A stretch of 27,151 nt of DNA from Myxococcota bacterium (GCA_039208735.1 JBCCQY010000123.1:1-27151), one strand, 5' to 3'. Counted from the first letter of the stretch, positions 1 to 8,359 are shown. Program-made: numbers and translations. Notes: generated by a model from the sequence alone, not told the origin.

Positions 1-1
1 C

Positions 2-781
2 CCGCTGCGGATCGTCGAGCTGAAGCCGCTGCCGGGCATGCGGCAACATCACGAGGCCAGAAACCAACTCTTCGCCTCGGTCGAAGACTTCAGGGTTGGC
101 CGGACCATCGGGAGGATCGTCATAGAACAGAACGATGCGCTCCGTGAGGGCCATCGCCCCCGCCGACCACGCCACGATCGGGGTTCCTCGTCGGTAGAGT
201 TCGCCGATCACCGGACCAATCCGAAAAAAGCCAAGCCGGGTCCGCAGCACGGCCACGTCGCCCCCCACAAGCACGATCACCTGGGCTTGCTCGAGAATCG
301 ATCGGGCCTTCGCCTGGTGCTCCGCAACCCGTGGATCGTCATCCCAGGGTCGGCCGTGGGCCTCGATGATCGCATCGGTCTGGTGGACAAGCTGTCGATC
401 GATGCGTCGGACGTCTTCGAGCGCCTGCTGGGTCAACGCTTCTTCAACGCGACCCGCCTCTTGTGAGAGCAGATCGTGCATCGCGGCCAACGCGCGATCG
501 AGGCGAAACCGATGTAGTCGCCGGAGCTTGAGCAACTCCTCTTGGCGGGCACGGTAGGGCGCTCGGAGATCCTCGCGCTCTCGCAAAATCCCGTCAAACC
601 ACCGGTATAGAGGTAAGACACGCGCCTGCGGCCCGAGGTGGCGCTGCAAAAGCGCCTCGTCGGATTCGTCATCTCGCCATCCCGCCGCAATGACCGCGAT
701 CGGCCCCGTGGCGTCGAGTTCGGCGAGGGCCTGCGGAGCGTTCGCGAACGGCCGTTGTGGACCTAGCAATACGAGCTGCAC
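2..781 (-). CDS. Peptidase S51 / class I glutamine amidotransferase-like protein (PepE/cyanophycinase-like fold), 3' end runs off the window
   Basis: Not in the ORF track. Manual translation from GTG at 781 is open to the edge (260 codons): MQLVLLGPQRPF...IAVIAAGWRDDE...IVLVGGDVAVL...IVAWSAGAMALTERIVLF...GLVMLPHARQRL. WSAGA matches the S51 nucleophile-elbow Ser motif and LPH matches the catalytic His region. Confidence 0.75.
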   Translation of the reverse strand, partial: MQLVLLGPQRPFANAPQALAELDATGPIAVIAAGWRDDESDEALLQRHLGPQARVLPLYRWFDGILREREDLRAPYRARQEELLKLRRLHRFRLDRALAAMHDLLSQEAGRVEEALTQQALEDVRRIDRQLVHQTDAIIEAHGRPWDDDPRVAEHQAKARSILEQAQVIVLVGGDVAVLRTRLGFFRIGPVIGELYRRGTPIVAWSAGAMALTERIVLFYDDPPDGPANPEVFDRGEELVSGLVMLPHARQRLQLDDPQR

Positions 782-902
782 GAACCAGTGCTAACGCCAG
801 GGACCGGAAACGACGCAAATTCGACCCGACATTGCCAAGGTCGGATCAAAAGCGCTACAACGGGCGAAGCTGGCCTCCGTCTAACCGGAGCCTGAGGAAC
901 AA

Positions 903-1310
903 ATGTTCAGCGAGCCTACGGCCTTTCGACCCCCCGACGAACATGACGCATGGGTGCTTTCCGTCACCGTGGCAGGGGAACCAAGGCCACTTCAGGCGAT
1001 CCTCGACGATCTCGATCGTCTCGGTACGCTTCGACCCCATACGGATCGGATTTTTGCGGCGTGCGAACGTGCGTTAGCCCTTCCGGTCGACGTGTGGGTC
1101 CGTTGGCTCGACCATGCGCACACCGTTTTGCCTGGGCTGCGCCACGTCAGCTGCCACGCCTTTGTGGGCGGATTGCGCCACAAGACCGATGGCGACATTG
1201 ATCGACTTGTCGGCGCTGGGCTCACTGCGGTCTACACTGGGGATCGCACGCCGGAAGATCCCCGCGTGTGGGTGAGGCGAACCGCCCGCCCTCTTGTCAT
1301 CGCGCCCTAA
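903..1310 (+). CDS. Hypothetical protein resembling the N-terminal half of a 'RPPSE' family radical SAM protein, with CxxxCxxC absent
   Basis: RBS GAGGA precedes ATG 903. FRPPDE..WVLSVTV, RPLQAILDDL, RIFAA..ALALP, PGLRHVSCHA, LRHKT...L..AGLTAVYTG follow the order of motifs I recall for that family. Confidence 0.6.
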   Translation: MFSEPTAFRPPDEHDAWVLSVTVAGEPRPLQAILDDLDRLGTLRPHTDRIFAACERALALPVDVWVRWLDHAHTVLPGLRHVSCHAFVGGLRHKTDGDIDRLVGAGLTAVYTGDRTPEDPRVWVRRTARPLVIAP

Positions 1311-1327
1311 CGGGCCCTGGAGGACCG

Positions 1328-3016
1328 TTGTTCGCCAGCGTTTTAGCTCTTTTTGCTCCGTTGGCCTCTGCCGTGCCTGTCGAAAACGGCATTCAAGCGC
1401 AGATCCATCCCGCCGGGTTCCGCTTTCTCTCTCGGGAGCTTTCGGGATCGACCTGGGCGCTCAAACCAACCGATGTGCAGCTCGAATGGGAATGCTACGC
1501 GATTGCGATCGCCGAGGCAAACCTCGAACTCGAGTTTGGCCGAGTCGACATTCAATCGAGCTTCAATCGATTGGAACTGGATGCTGAGGTCGTGTCGGCC
1601 GTCGGTCGCGACATGCACATCGACGCGCGGAGCCCCGGGGGCGTTTCGTTGTGCGTGCCCTTCCAGGGAGCGATCACCGAACTCGCGGTGCGGGACGCGC
1701 GGCTCACCGGAGATTTGTTTCCCCAGATCTACCGCGACACCATCGACATCACGTTTCTCGAACCGCTCGAACTCGACGCCGATGCCACGGTCGATTTCAC
1801 GTCGATCCCGAACTTCGTGGAAGACGGCCTGCTGCTCTTCCTCGAAGGAGCGCTGCTCAATTACGCAGAAACCGAGTTGGAAGAGGAGCTACCTGCCCTA
1901 CTGGCCAGCCTCACCGTCGACGGCTTTCTCTACCAGACCGAGTTTGCCGGCTTCGAGTTCGGGGTCACGCCGAGCTTGGTTTCAAACTCGGAGGAGGGCC
2001 TCTACGCGGCTGCCAACATCGACTTTGGCGGTGATGGAGGGCCGGGGCGCATCTTCAATCTGGAGCCTCGCGGCACGTCGCACGTCGCGGTCGGCTTGAC
2101 CGAAGCCATCATCGAAGAACTCGCGGTCGCGGCCTGGGCCCAGGGGCTCATCACGCCCGATTCCGAGACCACGACCACCTTGCTAAGCGACCTGCTGACG
2201 GGTCTGGGGCTTGGTGAAGGACTCGCAGCCCAGATTGGTGTCAACGTTGCCCCGAAGGTCGAAATCACCGGCGAAGGGATTCGACTGCGGCTCCCCAAAA
2301 CGGCCGTGTCCCTCGATAGCGAAGGGCAAACCCTCCTCGACCTCGAAGTGGACCTCGTAGGCCTCCTGGAATTGAAGGTCGAACGGGGTTCGTTGTTGGT
2401 CACGGCCCATGATCTCACCGCCAACATCACGCGGCTCGACGCCTCCCGTCTGTTGGAAGACGGGCCCGAAAACCTCGAAGCTTTTCTCGAAGGTTGGGCC
2501 ATTCGCGCTGCCATCTCGGCCATCGACAACCTCGAGATCTATCAGTCGCATTTCGAGGCCCTCGGCTACGTCTTGCGCATCGACGAGACGGCCTACGAAG
2601 ACCAAGGCGTCTTGGCGTGGGCCACCCTCTTTGCCGAGGACGACCCCGCGGTCGACCGCACTCCGCCGGACACCCGCGGCAACGTGAAGCTCGAGGGCAA
2701 CGTGCTTCGAGCGACCTTTGAGGGGTCAGACGATCGCCCGGGCCCACTCGTCTACAGCTACCGGATCAACGGCGGCAGCTGGTCGTCGTGGTCGCCCGAA
2801 ACCGAGGCCGTCGTGAACTTGCCTGAAGGTGACACGCGCTTCGAGGTGAAGGCCCGCGATTCGTGGCACAACGAAGACCCCACCCCGGCCGGAGGCACCG
2901 TCACCTACGCGGTTCCGCGACGACGGTGCGGGTGTGCCGCCGGGCCTTCAGGATGGGGGGCTGTCGGCCTGCTCGGCGTGTTCGGGCTGTGGAGCGTACG
3001 CCGCCGTCAGCGCTGA
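1328..3016 (+). CDS. Secreted MYXO-CTERM surface protein with a putative BPI/LBP-like (TULIP) region and an Ig/Y_Y_Y-like domain
   Basis: Start re-called to TTG 1328 (GGAGGA at 1319-1324), giving signal peptide MFASVLALFAPLASA. DRTPPDT...YSYRING..WS.WS...FEVKARD...NEDPTPA is an Ig/Y_Y_Y-like module. The C-terminus CGCAAGPSGWGAVGLLGVFGLWSVRRRQR is GC motif + TM + Arg cluster (MYXO-CTERM). Confidence 0.8.
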   Translation: MFASVLALFAPLASAVPVENGIQAQIHPAGFRFLSRELSGSTWALKPTDVQLEWECYAIAIAEANLELEFGRVDIQSSFNRLELDAEVVSAVGRDMHIDARSPGGVSLCVPFQGAITELAVRDARLTGDLFPQIYRDTIDITFLEPLELDADATVDFTSIPNFVEDGLLLFLEGALLNYAETELEEELPALLASLTVDGFLYQTEFAGFEFGVTPSLVSNSEEGLYAAANIDFGGDGGPGRIFNLEPRGTSHVAVGLTEAIIEELAVAAWAQGLITPDSETTTTLLSDLLTGLGLGEGLAAQIGVNVAPKVEITGEGIRLRLPKTAVSLDSEGQTLLDLEVDLVGLLELKVERGSLLVTAHDLTANITRLDASRLLEDGPENLEAFLEGWAIRAAISAIDNLEIYQSHFEALGYVLRIDETAYEDQGVLAWATLFAEDDPAVDRTPPDTRGNVKLEGNVLRATFEGSDDRPGPLVYSYRINGGSWSSWSPETEAVVNLPEGDTRFEVKARDSWHNEDPTPAGGTVTYAVPRRRCGCAAGPSGWGAVGLLGVFGLWSVRRRQR

Positions 3017-3987
3017 TCGATGCCTTGCCCAGAGGTCTCTTCGGTGCGGTCGGTGGCCGGAGGCGGGCTCGGCACCAGCGCATTGACCTTCGCCACGACG
3101 GCGGGATCGAGCACGACCTCGGCGGCAGCAAGTGCAGGTTCGAGTTGCGCAACCGATCGCGCGCCGAGGATTGGTGCGGTCACCGCGGGATGCTGGGCCA
3201 CCCAAGCCACCGCGAGCGTGACCGGATGGAGCCCCGCCTCCTTCGCGATCGCTGCGAACGCAGCCCCTCGATCTTCGGCGAGATGGGACGCGTAGCGGGT
3301 TTTGTACATTTCAGACCGGGCGAGCCGATCATCGCCCGACATCGTTTTGCCCGTCAGCAAGCCCCCTGCCAGTGGTGAGTACGGGAAGACCGCCAGCCCT
3401 TCGGACTCGGCCATCGGCAACAGCTCCGTCTCCGCCTGCCGTTTGACAGCGTTGTACATGGGTTGGAGCGCGGCAACGGGTGAAAATCCTCGTAGCGCCT
3501 GAATGCCAAGCGCTTTCGTGACCTGCCACGCGGCAAAGTTCGAGACGGCGGGATGCAGCACGAGCCCCTGACGGACCAAGTCGTCCAAGGTGCGCAGCAC
3601 CTGTTCGAGATCTGTGTGGTCGTCGAACTTGTGGATGTAGAACAGCTCGACCCGGTCGGTCTGCAACCGCTTCAGGCTGGCTTCGATCGACCGTCGCAAG
3701 TGCCGCCGGGAGGCGCCGCGGTCATTGGGCCCGGTCCCGGTCGGAAAGTAGGCCTTCGTGGCCAACACGACCTCGTCACGGTGCCCGTGGATGAGGGCCC
3801 CCAGAATGCGCTCGCTTTCGCCCTTGGTGTAGAGATCGGCTGTGTCGAAGTGGAAAATCCCCGCATCGCGACACGCTCCGTAAAGAGCTGCCGACGCATC
3901 ACGATCCGCTTCGCCTCCGAATGTCATCGTCCCGAAGGCAAGGGCTGAAGTCCGCATTCCCGTCTTTCCGATCGTCGGTGTATCCAT
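3007..3987 (-). CDS. Aldo/keto reductase (Tas/YajO-like)
   Basis: True start ATG 3987 with AGGAG RBS (the track ORF 3007..5190 has a spurious N-terminal extension). Motifs AFGTMTFG, FDTADLY, VLATK, SLKRLQTDRVELFYIH, YSPLAGGLLTGK, PILGARSVAQL. Confidence 0.95.
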   Translation of the reverse strand: MDTPTIGKTGMRTSALAFGTMTFGGEADRDASAALYGACRDAGIFHFDTADLYTKGESERILGALIHGHRDEVVLATKAYFPTGTGPNDRGASRRHLRRSIEASLKRLQTDRVELFYIHKFDDHTDLEQVLRTLDDLVRQGLVLHPAVSNFAAWQVTKALGIQALRGFSPVAALQPMYNAVKRQAETELLPMAESEGLAVFPYSPLAGGLLTGKTMSGDDRLARSEMYKTRYASHLAEDRGAAFAAIAKEAGLHPVTLAVAWVAQHPAVTAPILGARSVAQLEPALAAAEVVLDPAVVAKVNALVPSPPPATDRTEETSGQGIDQR

Positions 3988-4086
3988 CGCGGCTCCTGTG
4001 GGTTGAGGTTGCCGATAACGCCCCAGATGCGAGCCCGAGCCCCACGAACACGCGGTTACGGTCGATCCGGGTGGCGGAGGACAGGC

Positions 4087-6552
4087 ATGGATGGGCCATG
4101 GCAGGCGCAGGGACGAACGACCGTCCCCGCCTGGCTTCCGCGGGCAGTCGCATGGATTCTCCCTTGGTGCATCCTGCTCGCGGGTTGGGTGGCGGTGAAG
4201 CGGATCCCTCCGCCCACGGACACCGAACTGCGCGATGAGCTGATCGAAGCGATGGCCGAGGCCCCCGGCATCGTGATCGTGGGCAACTCGATCACGAAGG
4301 CAGGAATCGACCCGGACAAGCTCGGGCGCGCGCTGAAGACGAAGGTGGCGCTGCTGACGGTCCCAGGTTCGGAAGCTCCAGCCTGGTACGCCGTGGTCAA
4401 GAACATCGTCGCGACAGGACCGGTCCCGCCTCGCCTCATCCTCATCGCGAACCGGGCCGATGGCCTGATCACCGTGAGCGCCCATACAGAGCAAGATCAG
4501 CTTAGGCTCGATCAACTGATGAGCGCCCATGAACCGGTGCTCGTCAAGAAGGTGCTCGATCGGGATGCGGACTCGGTGGTCTGGGCGGACTTCGATCGCC
4601 GCCGCACCAAACACCGGCGCGCGGTGCTCGACACCCTGCGCAACGTCACCGCCCGCGTCGTGGGGCAGTCTCCCGAGGCCGCAGTATCTGCCTACAACCG
4701 CGTTTTTGCCGACGAGAATCTGGACTACGGGTTGGCCCGCAACGCGTGGACACCCCCGGATGGGACCGCGTCTGGCCCGAGCGATCCCATCTTGGTGGAT
4801 CCGGACGAGTCCCTCATCGTGGACCTTGCCCACACCGCCCAACAGCATGGCATCAAGGTCGCGTTCGTCCACATCCCCTCGGCGCCGGGCGTTCCCGACC
4901 TCGTCACCGAAGACCAGATGCACGATCTGGTGGGGCTGCTCAACGAGTGGGGCGTGGGCTACGTCGCGCGACCGCGCAAGCCCATTCGGGCCGCCTGGTT
5001 CGCCGACCCCGTGCACTTTCGCCCGATCGGTCGGGACTTCTACACGAAGTTCCTCGCCAAGCGCATCCAAAAACTGAAGTTGCACCTCCCCAACGCGCCC
5101 GTGCCGGAGGCGCCACTTCCCTTGCGGCCGCCCACCCTCACGCGGAGCCCGGACCCGGAACAGTCCGTCCTCGTTCCCCTCACGGCCCAACGGGGCAGCT
5201 GCGTGGCGGAGGGGCCAACTGCCCCGCTGGGGGCCTTGTTTGGCCTAGAGAGGTCCGATACCCCCGTCACACCAGGCATTCTCGAGTCGCGAGGGCTCCC
5301 CCCGGCCTGGCCCGTGCTCATCGGTGACGGCTCCGCCGAGCCCTTCACATGGTTGCGCCGACCTTTTCAGCTGCGCCGGGCGTGTTCCCCGGGGTCGTTT
5401 GCCGTCGTTCCTCGTCGGTTGTCGGTGGTGCTTCGCGATCGTCGTCGCCACGTTGCGGTGAGTGCCGTCCCCGACCCCACCATCCGACACCCCGAGGAAG
5501 GGTCGCTCACCTGGGTGCTGCCGGGAACCACGCTGACGGTCACCGCCACTGACGCTTGGGAGGCCGACCAGGGGCCTGTTGCCTTCCAACTGCTTGCGCA
5601 CACGTTTGGGTCTGCAGATGCGCCGCGCGTTCAACTCGAAGGCGCAGGACCGATGCCGCTCGTCTCGCACGGTGGATTGTGGCGGGGGGTGCTCGGTGGC
5701 GGGCCTCCCCAATGGACCCTACGCGTCTCCTCGCCCAACGACGGGCCGCTCGTGGCCATCCACAGCCTGACGGTGGGACTCGGGGCACGGCGCACGCCCT
5801 TTTTGGCCAGTGGCCGCAATCCCGACCAAGTCGCCTTCGACATTGTCGGGAGGACGCTCGCCGATACGCAACCCGACTGGACCACCCCGATTCCTGCCAT
5901 ACCTCCACCCGTCGACTTGGTGTGGAATCCGGACGGGACCGGCCACTTCGAGGTCCCCAACGCAATCGACCTGACGGATCGGCTGACCGGGCGCTGTTCC
6001 CCCTTGGCCGTGTTTGAGGAGGAGCGGCCCCTCGAACGTCACACCGACTGCGACGACGTACGGACCGATCCAGGGACCCAGTGCCACATGGGCACGCAGA
6101 TTCGGTTTCACCCGAGCCCCGGACACGGTCCGTCTTCGCGCTACACCCTCGCCTTCGACCGGACCTCGGGACGTGGCTGCAGCACCGCGTTGTGGTTGTT
6201 GCCTCAAGACAAGGTCCAGGTCACTGCGAATCGACAAGATCTGCGCCGATTCTACGAAGGGCCGCAGGAACTGCACCTGACCGCTCGACAGTTTGGTCCC
6301 CCGCCGTCGCGCATCGACGTGGCCCACATCACGCTTCGACGGGGGCCCGTGGGGCTGTTGGAGGCGTCGGTGCGTCTCGAGGACCTTGAACATGGGTGGG
6401 TGGTGCCGCTCGACGGTGCGCTGCCGCCCCGTGGGGAGCCCCTGACGATCGTGCTGCACAACCGGTCCGAGAGTCAGGCCGTGTTGTTCCAGAAGGCCAC
6501 GCTCGTGGAGATCTTGCCCACTCCGACCCGGACGGCGCGAGCAAACCCATGA
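4087..6552 (+). CDS. Membrane-anchored SGNH/GDSL-fold protein (AlgJ/PatB/DltD-like acyltransferase partner) with a long C-terminal extension
   Basis: ATG 4087 after GGAGG; N-terminal TM (AVAWILPWCILLAGWVAV); block I IVIVGNS (Ser codon 4288-4290); block V DPVH (5005-5016); ATGA overlap with the downstream MBOAT. Confidence 0.8.
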   Translation: MDGPWQAQGRTTVPAWLPRAVAWILPWCILLAGWVAVKRIPPPTDTELRDELIEAMAEAPGIVIVGNSITKAGIDPDKLGRALKTKVALLTVPGSEAPAWYAVVKNIVATGPVPPRLILIANRADGLITVSAHTEQDQLRLDQLMSAHEPVLVKKVLDRDADSVVWADFDRRRTKHRRAVLDTLRNVTARVVGQSPEAAVSAYNRVFADENLDYGLARNAWTPPDGTASGPSDPILVDPDESLIVDLAHTAQQHGIKVAFVHIPSAPGVPDLVTEDQMHDLVGLLNEWGVGYVARPRKPIRAAWFADPVHFRPIGRDFYTKFLAKRIQKLKLHLPNAPVPEAPLPLRPPTLTRSPDPEQSVLVPLTAQRGSCVAEGPTAPLGALFGLERSDTPVTPGILESRGLPPAWPVLIGDGSAEPFTWLRRPFQLRRACSPGSFAVVPRRLSVVLRDRRRHVAVSAVPDPTIRHPEEGSLTWVLPGTTLTVTATDAWEADQGPVAFQLLAHTFGSADAPRVQLEGAGPMPLVSHGGLWRGVLGGGPPQWTLRVSSPNDGPLVAIHSLTVGLGARRTPFLASGRNPDQVAFDIVGRTLADTQPDWTTPIPAIPPPVDLVWNPDGTGHFEVPNAIDLTDRLTGRCSPLAVFEEERPLERHTDCDDVRTDPGTQCHMGTQIRFHPSPGHGPSSRYTLAFDRTSGRGCSTALWLLPQDKVQVTANRQDLRRFYEGPQELHLTARQFGPPPSRIDVAHITLRRGPVGLLEASVRLEDLEHGWVVPLDGALPPRGEPLTIVLHNRSESQAVLFQKATLVEILPTPTRTARANP

Positions 6553-7973
6553 CCTTTGTTCAGATCGAGTTCGTCGGGCTGCTTGCCGCCGTGTTCGGAC
6601 TGTATTGGCTCCTGCCGTCACGACGCGGCCAGAATGCCTTGTTGGTGGTGGCATCGGCCGTGTTCTACGGCTGGGTGCATCCTTGGTTCGTCGGCTTGCT
6701 CGCCGCGTCGACCCTGCTCGACTACACGGCGGTGCGCGTGATGGCCGCCGTACCCGCCGCCCGGGGAGGTGCGCTCGCGGTAAGCCTCCTCGGCAATCTG
6801 GGGTTGCTTGGGGCGTTCAAGTACCACAACTTCTTCGTGAACAACGTGTCGGCGGCACTAGGCAGCGTCGGACTGGCGACAGACCTTTCGTTGTGGTCGC
6901 TCGTGTTGCCGGTGGGCATTTCGTTTTACACGTTCCAGACGCTGTCCTACACCATCGACGTGTATCGAGGCCAGCTCGAAGCGCGCCGGAATCTGCTTGA
7001 CTACGCAGTTTACGTCAGCTTTTTTCCGCAGCTTGTGGCGGGTCCCATCGAGCGCGCCTCGAACCTGCTCCCCCAAGTCGAGCGGCCTCGTCCGTTCGAC
7101 GGTGCACGCATTGCGTCCGGAGTGGGGCTTGCGGTGTGGGGGGCGTTCAAGAAGATCTGCATCGCCGACGTGATCGCGCCGTACGTCGACAAGGTGTTCA
7201 TGCTGGAGACCCCGTCCATTCCCCTGCTCGTGGGTGGTGTGGTGGCCTTTGGCGTGCAGATCATGGCGGATTTCTCGGGCTACACCGACATCGCGCGTGG
7301 CGTCGCCCGAATGCTCGGATTCGAGCTTTCGATCAACTTTCATCGTCCGTTCTTCGCGACCTCAACCCCGGACTTTTGGCGCCGGTGGCACATCTCGCTC
7401 GGGACATGGATCGGCGACTACGTGTTCAGTCCGCTCTCGCATCGCTTGGGTCCAGGCCCGAGCCAGCTGGCCACGGCCATCCTCATCACCTTTACGCTCA
7501 TCGGTCTATGGCACGGTGCATCGTGGAACTTCGTGCTGCTTGGCGTGTGGTACGGCGGATGGATGGTCGTCTACACGTTCGCTGCACCGCTCGTTCCGTC
7601 GCGCTGGTTCGAGGGAACCTCCAGACCGTTCGTCCAGGGCGTTGCGATTGCACTGCACTCGAGTCTCGTGCTGATTCCGGCGGGGCTGCTGTTCCGTGAA
7701 CCCCGACTCGACCGACTGTACGCGGTGACGCAGCCTGTGGCGTGGTCGTTTTCGGGAGACGAGTTGCTTATGGGCTGGATTGTGATGGGCATCGCGGGCA
7801 TGCTTGCGACGCCGATGGTGCTTGCGGTGGTGTTTGAGGATGTGGTGTGGCCTAGGCTAAAGGCGGTGTCGTGGCAGTTGCCGTTGCAGACGAGTACGGC
7901 GGCGGCGCAACTCGTGACGATCTTGCTGTTCTACCGCGACACAAGCCGGGACTTTATCTACTTTCAGTTCTAG
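6549..7973 (+). CDS. MBOAT family O-acyltransferase (AlgI/PatA/DltB-like)
   Basis: ATG 6549 overlaps the upstream TGA. Motifs FKYHNFF, LPVGISFYTFQTLSYTIDVYRG, FFPQLVAGPIER, DFSGYTDIA, DFWRRWHISL, GLWHGASWNF (His codon 7512-7514), and C-terminal FIYFQF. Confidence 0.95.
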   Translation: MTFVQIEFVGLLAAVFGLYWLLPSRRGQNALLVVASAVFYGWVHPWFVGLLAASTLLDYTAVRVMAAVPAARGGALAVSLLGNLGLLGAFKYHNFFVNNVSAALGSVGLATDLSLWSLVLPVGISFYTFQTLSYTIDVYRGQLEARRNLLDYAVYVSFFPQLVAGPIERASNLLPQVERPRPFDGARIASGVGLAVWGAFKKICIADVIAPYVDKVFMLETPSIPLLVGGVVAFGVQIMADFSGYTDIARGVARMLGFELSINFHRPFFATSTPDFWRRWHISLGTWIGDYVFSPLSHRLGPGPSQLATAILITFTLIGLWHGASWNFVLLGVWYGGWMVVYTFAAPLVPSRWFEGTSRPFVQGVAIALHSSLVLIPAGLLFREPRLDRLYAVTQPVAWSFSGDELLMGWIVMGIAGMLATPMVLAVVFEDVVWPRLKAVSWQLPLQTSTAAAQLVTILLFYRDTSRDFIYFQF

Positions 7974-7976
7974 GTC

Positions 7977-8359
7977 ATGCCTACGAGTGAGGGTAGCTGT
8001 AGCACTTCCGGCGTAGCGCGCACGATTCGCCTTGTCGGCGTACGCGAAATGTGCGTGTCCAACTTCCGAAGCGGAAACATCATCTTGTCGATCAGCTTGC
8101 AGGAGCGTCAGCGACGAAAGCTGAACCGCGTCGGCCTGCAGGCGCGTAGCGCCGAAGGCCAGCGGTGATCAGCGTGCATTCGGCCGGAACAGCCGTCCCG
8201 AGCGAACTGGCAAGACCGCTCGAAAAACTGGGTTACGGAAAGGCTTTACCCAGAAAGCGCCAGTACCTGTTTTTCCTCAGCTCCTCCTATGGAGCCGAAG
8301 TGATCGCAGATTGCGATGACGTGGAGATCGTCGTTGGGTGGGCGAGCCCGTCATCCTGA
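7977..8359 (+). pseudogene. Small hypothetical gene interrupted by a 77-bp insertion (track ORFs 7977..8168 and 8165..8359 are its two halves)
   Basis: Removing one copy of GATCAGC plus the intervening 70 bp joins the two frames into a 101-aa ORF: ...VSNFRSGNIILSIS|VHSAG...LFFLSSSYGAEVIADCDDVEIV... Confidence 0.6.
8090..8173. mobile_element. Putative non-autonomous REP/MITE-like structured element with 7-bp direct repeats
   Basis: GATCAGC at 8090-8096 and 8167-8173. The interior folds into two similar hairpin units: TCAGCTT/AAGCTGA, and ACCGC/GCGGT enclosing GGCCT-GCA-GGCGC-GTA-GCGCC-GA-AGGCC. Confidence 0.55.

Noticed and set aside
38..690. Track ORFs 38..466 (+), 366..557 (+) and 433..690 (-)
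   Set aside because: They overlap the better-supported minus-strand frame 2..781, which carries S51-like motifs.
832..861. Sigma-70-like TTGCCA-N18-TACAAC upstream of ORF 903
   Set aside because: Plausible, but the -10 is weak and the spacing suboptimal; not supportable without TSS data.
3988..5190. 400-aa N-terminal extension of the aldo/keto reductase in the ORF track
   Set aside because: It is antisense to the SGNH gene; the AKR has its own RBS and ATG at 3987, where family similarity begins.
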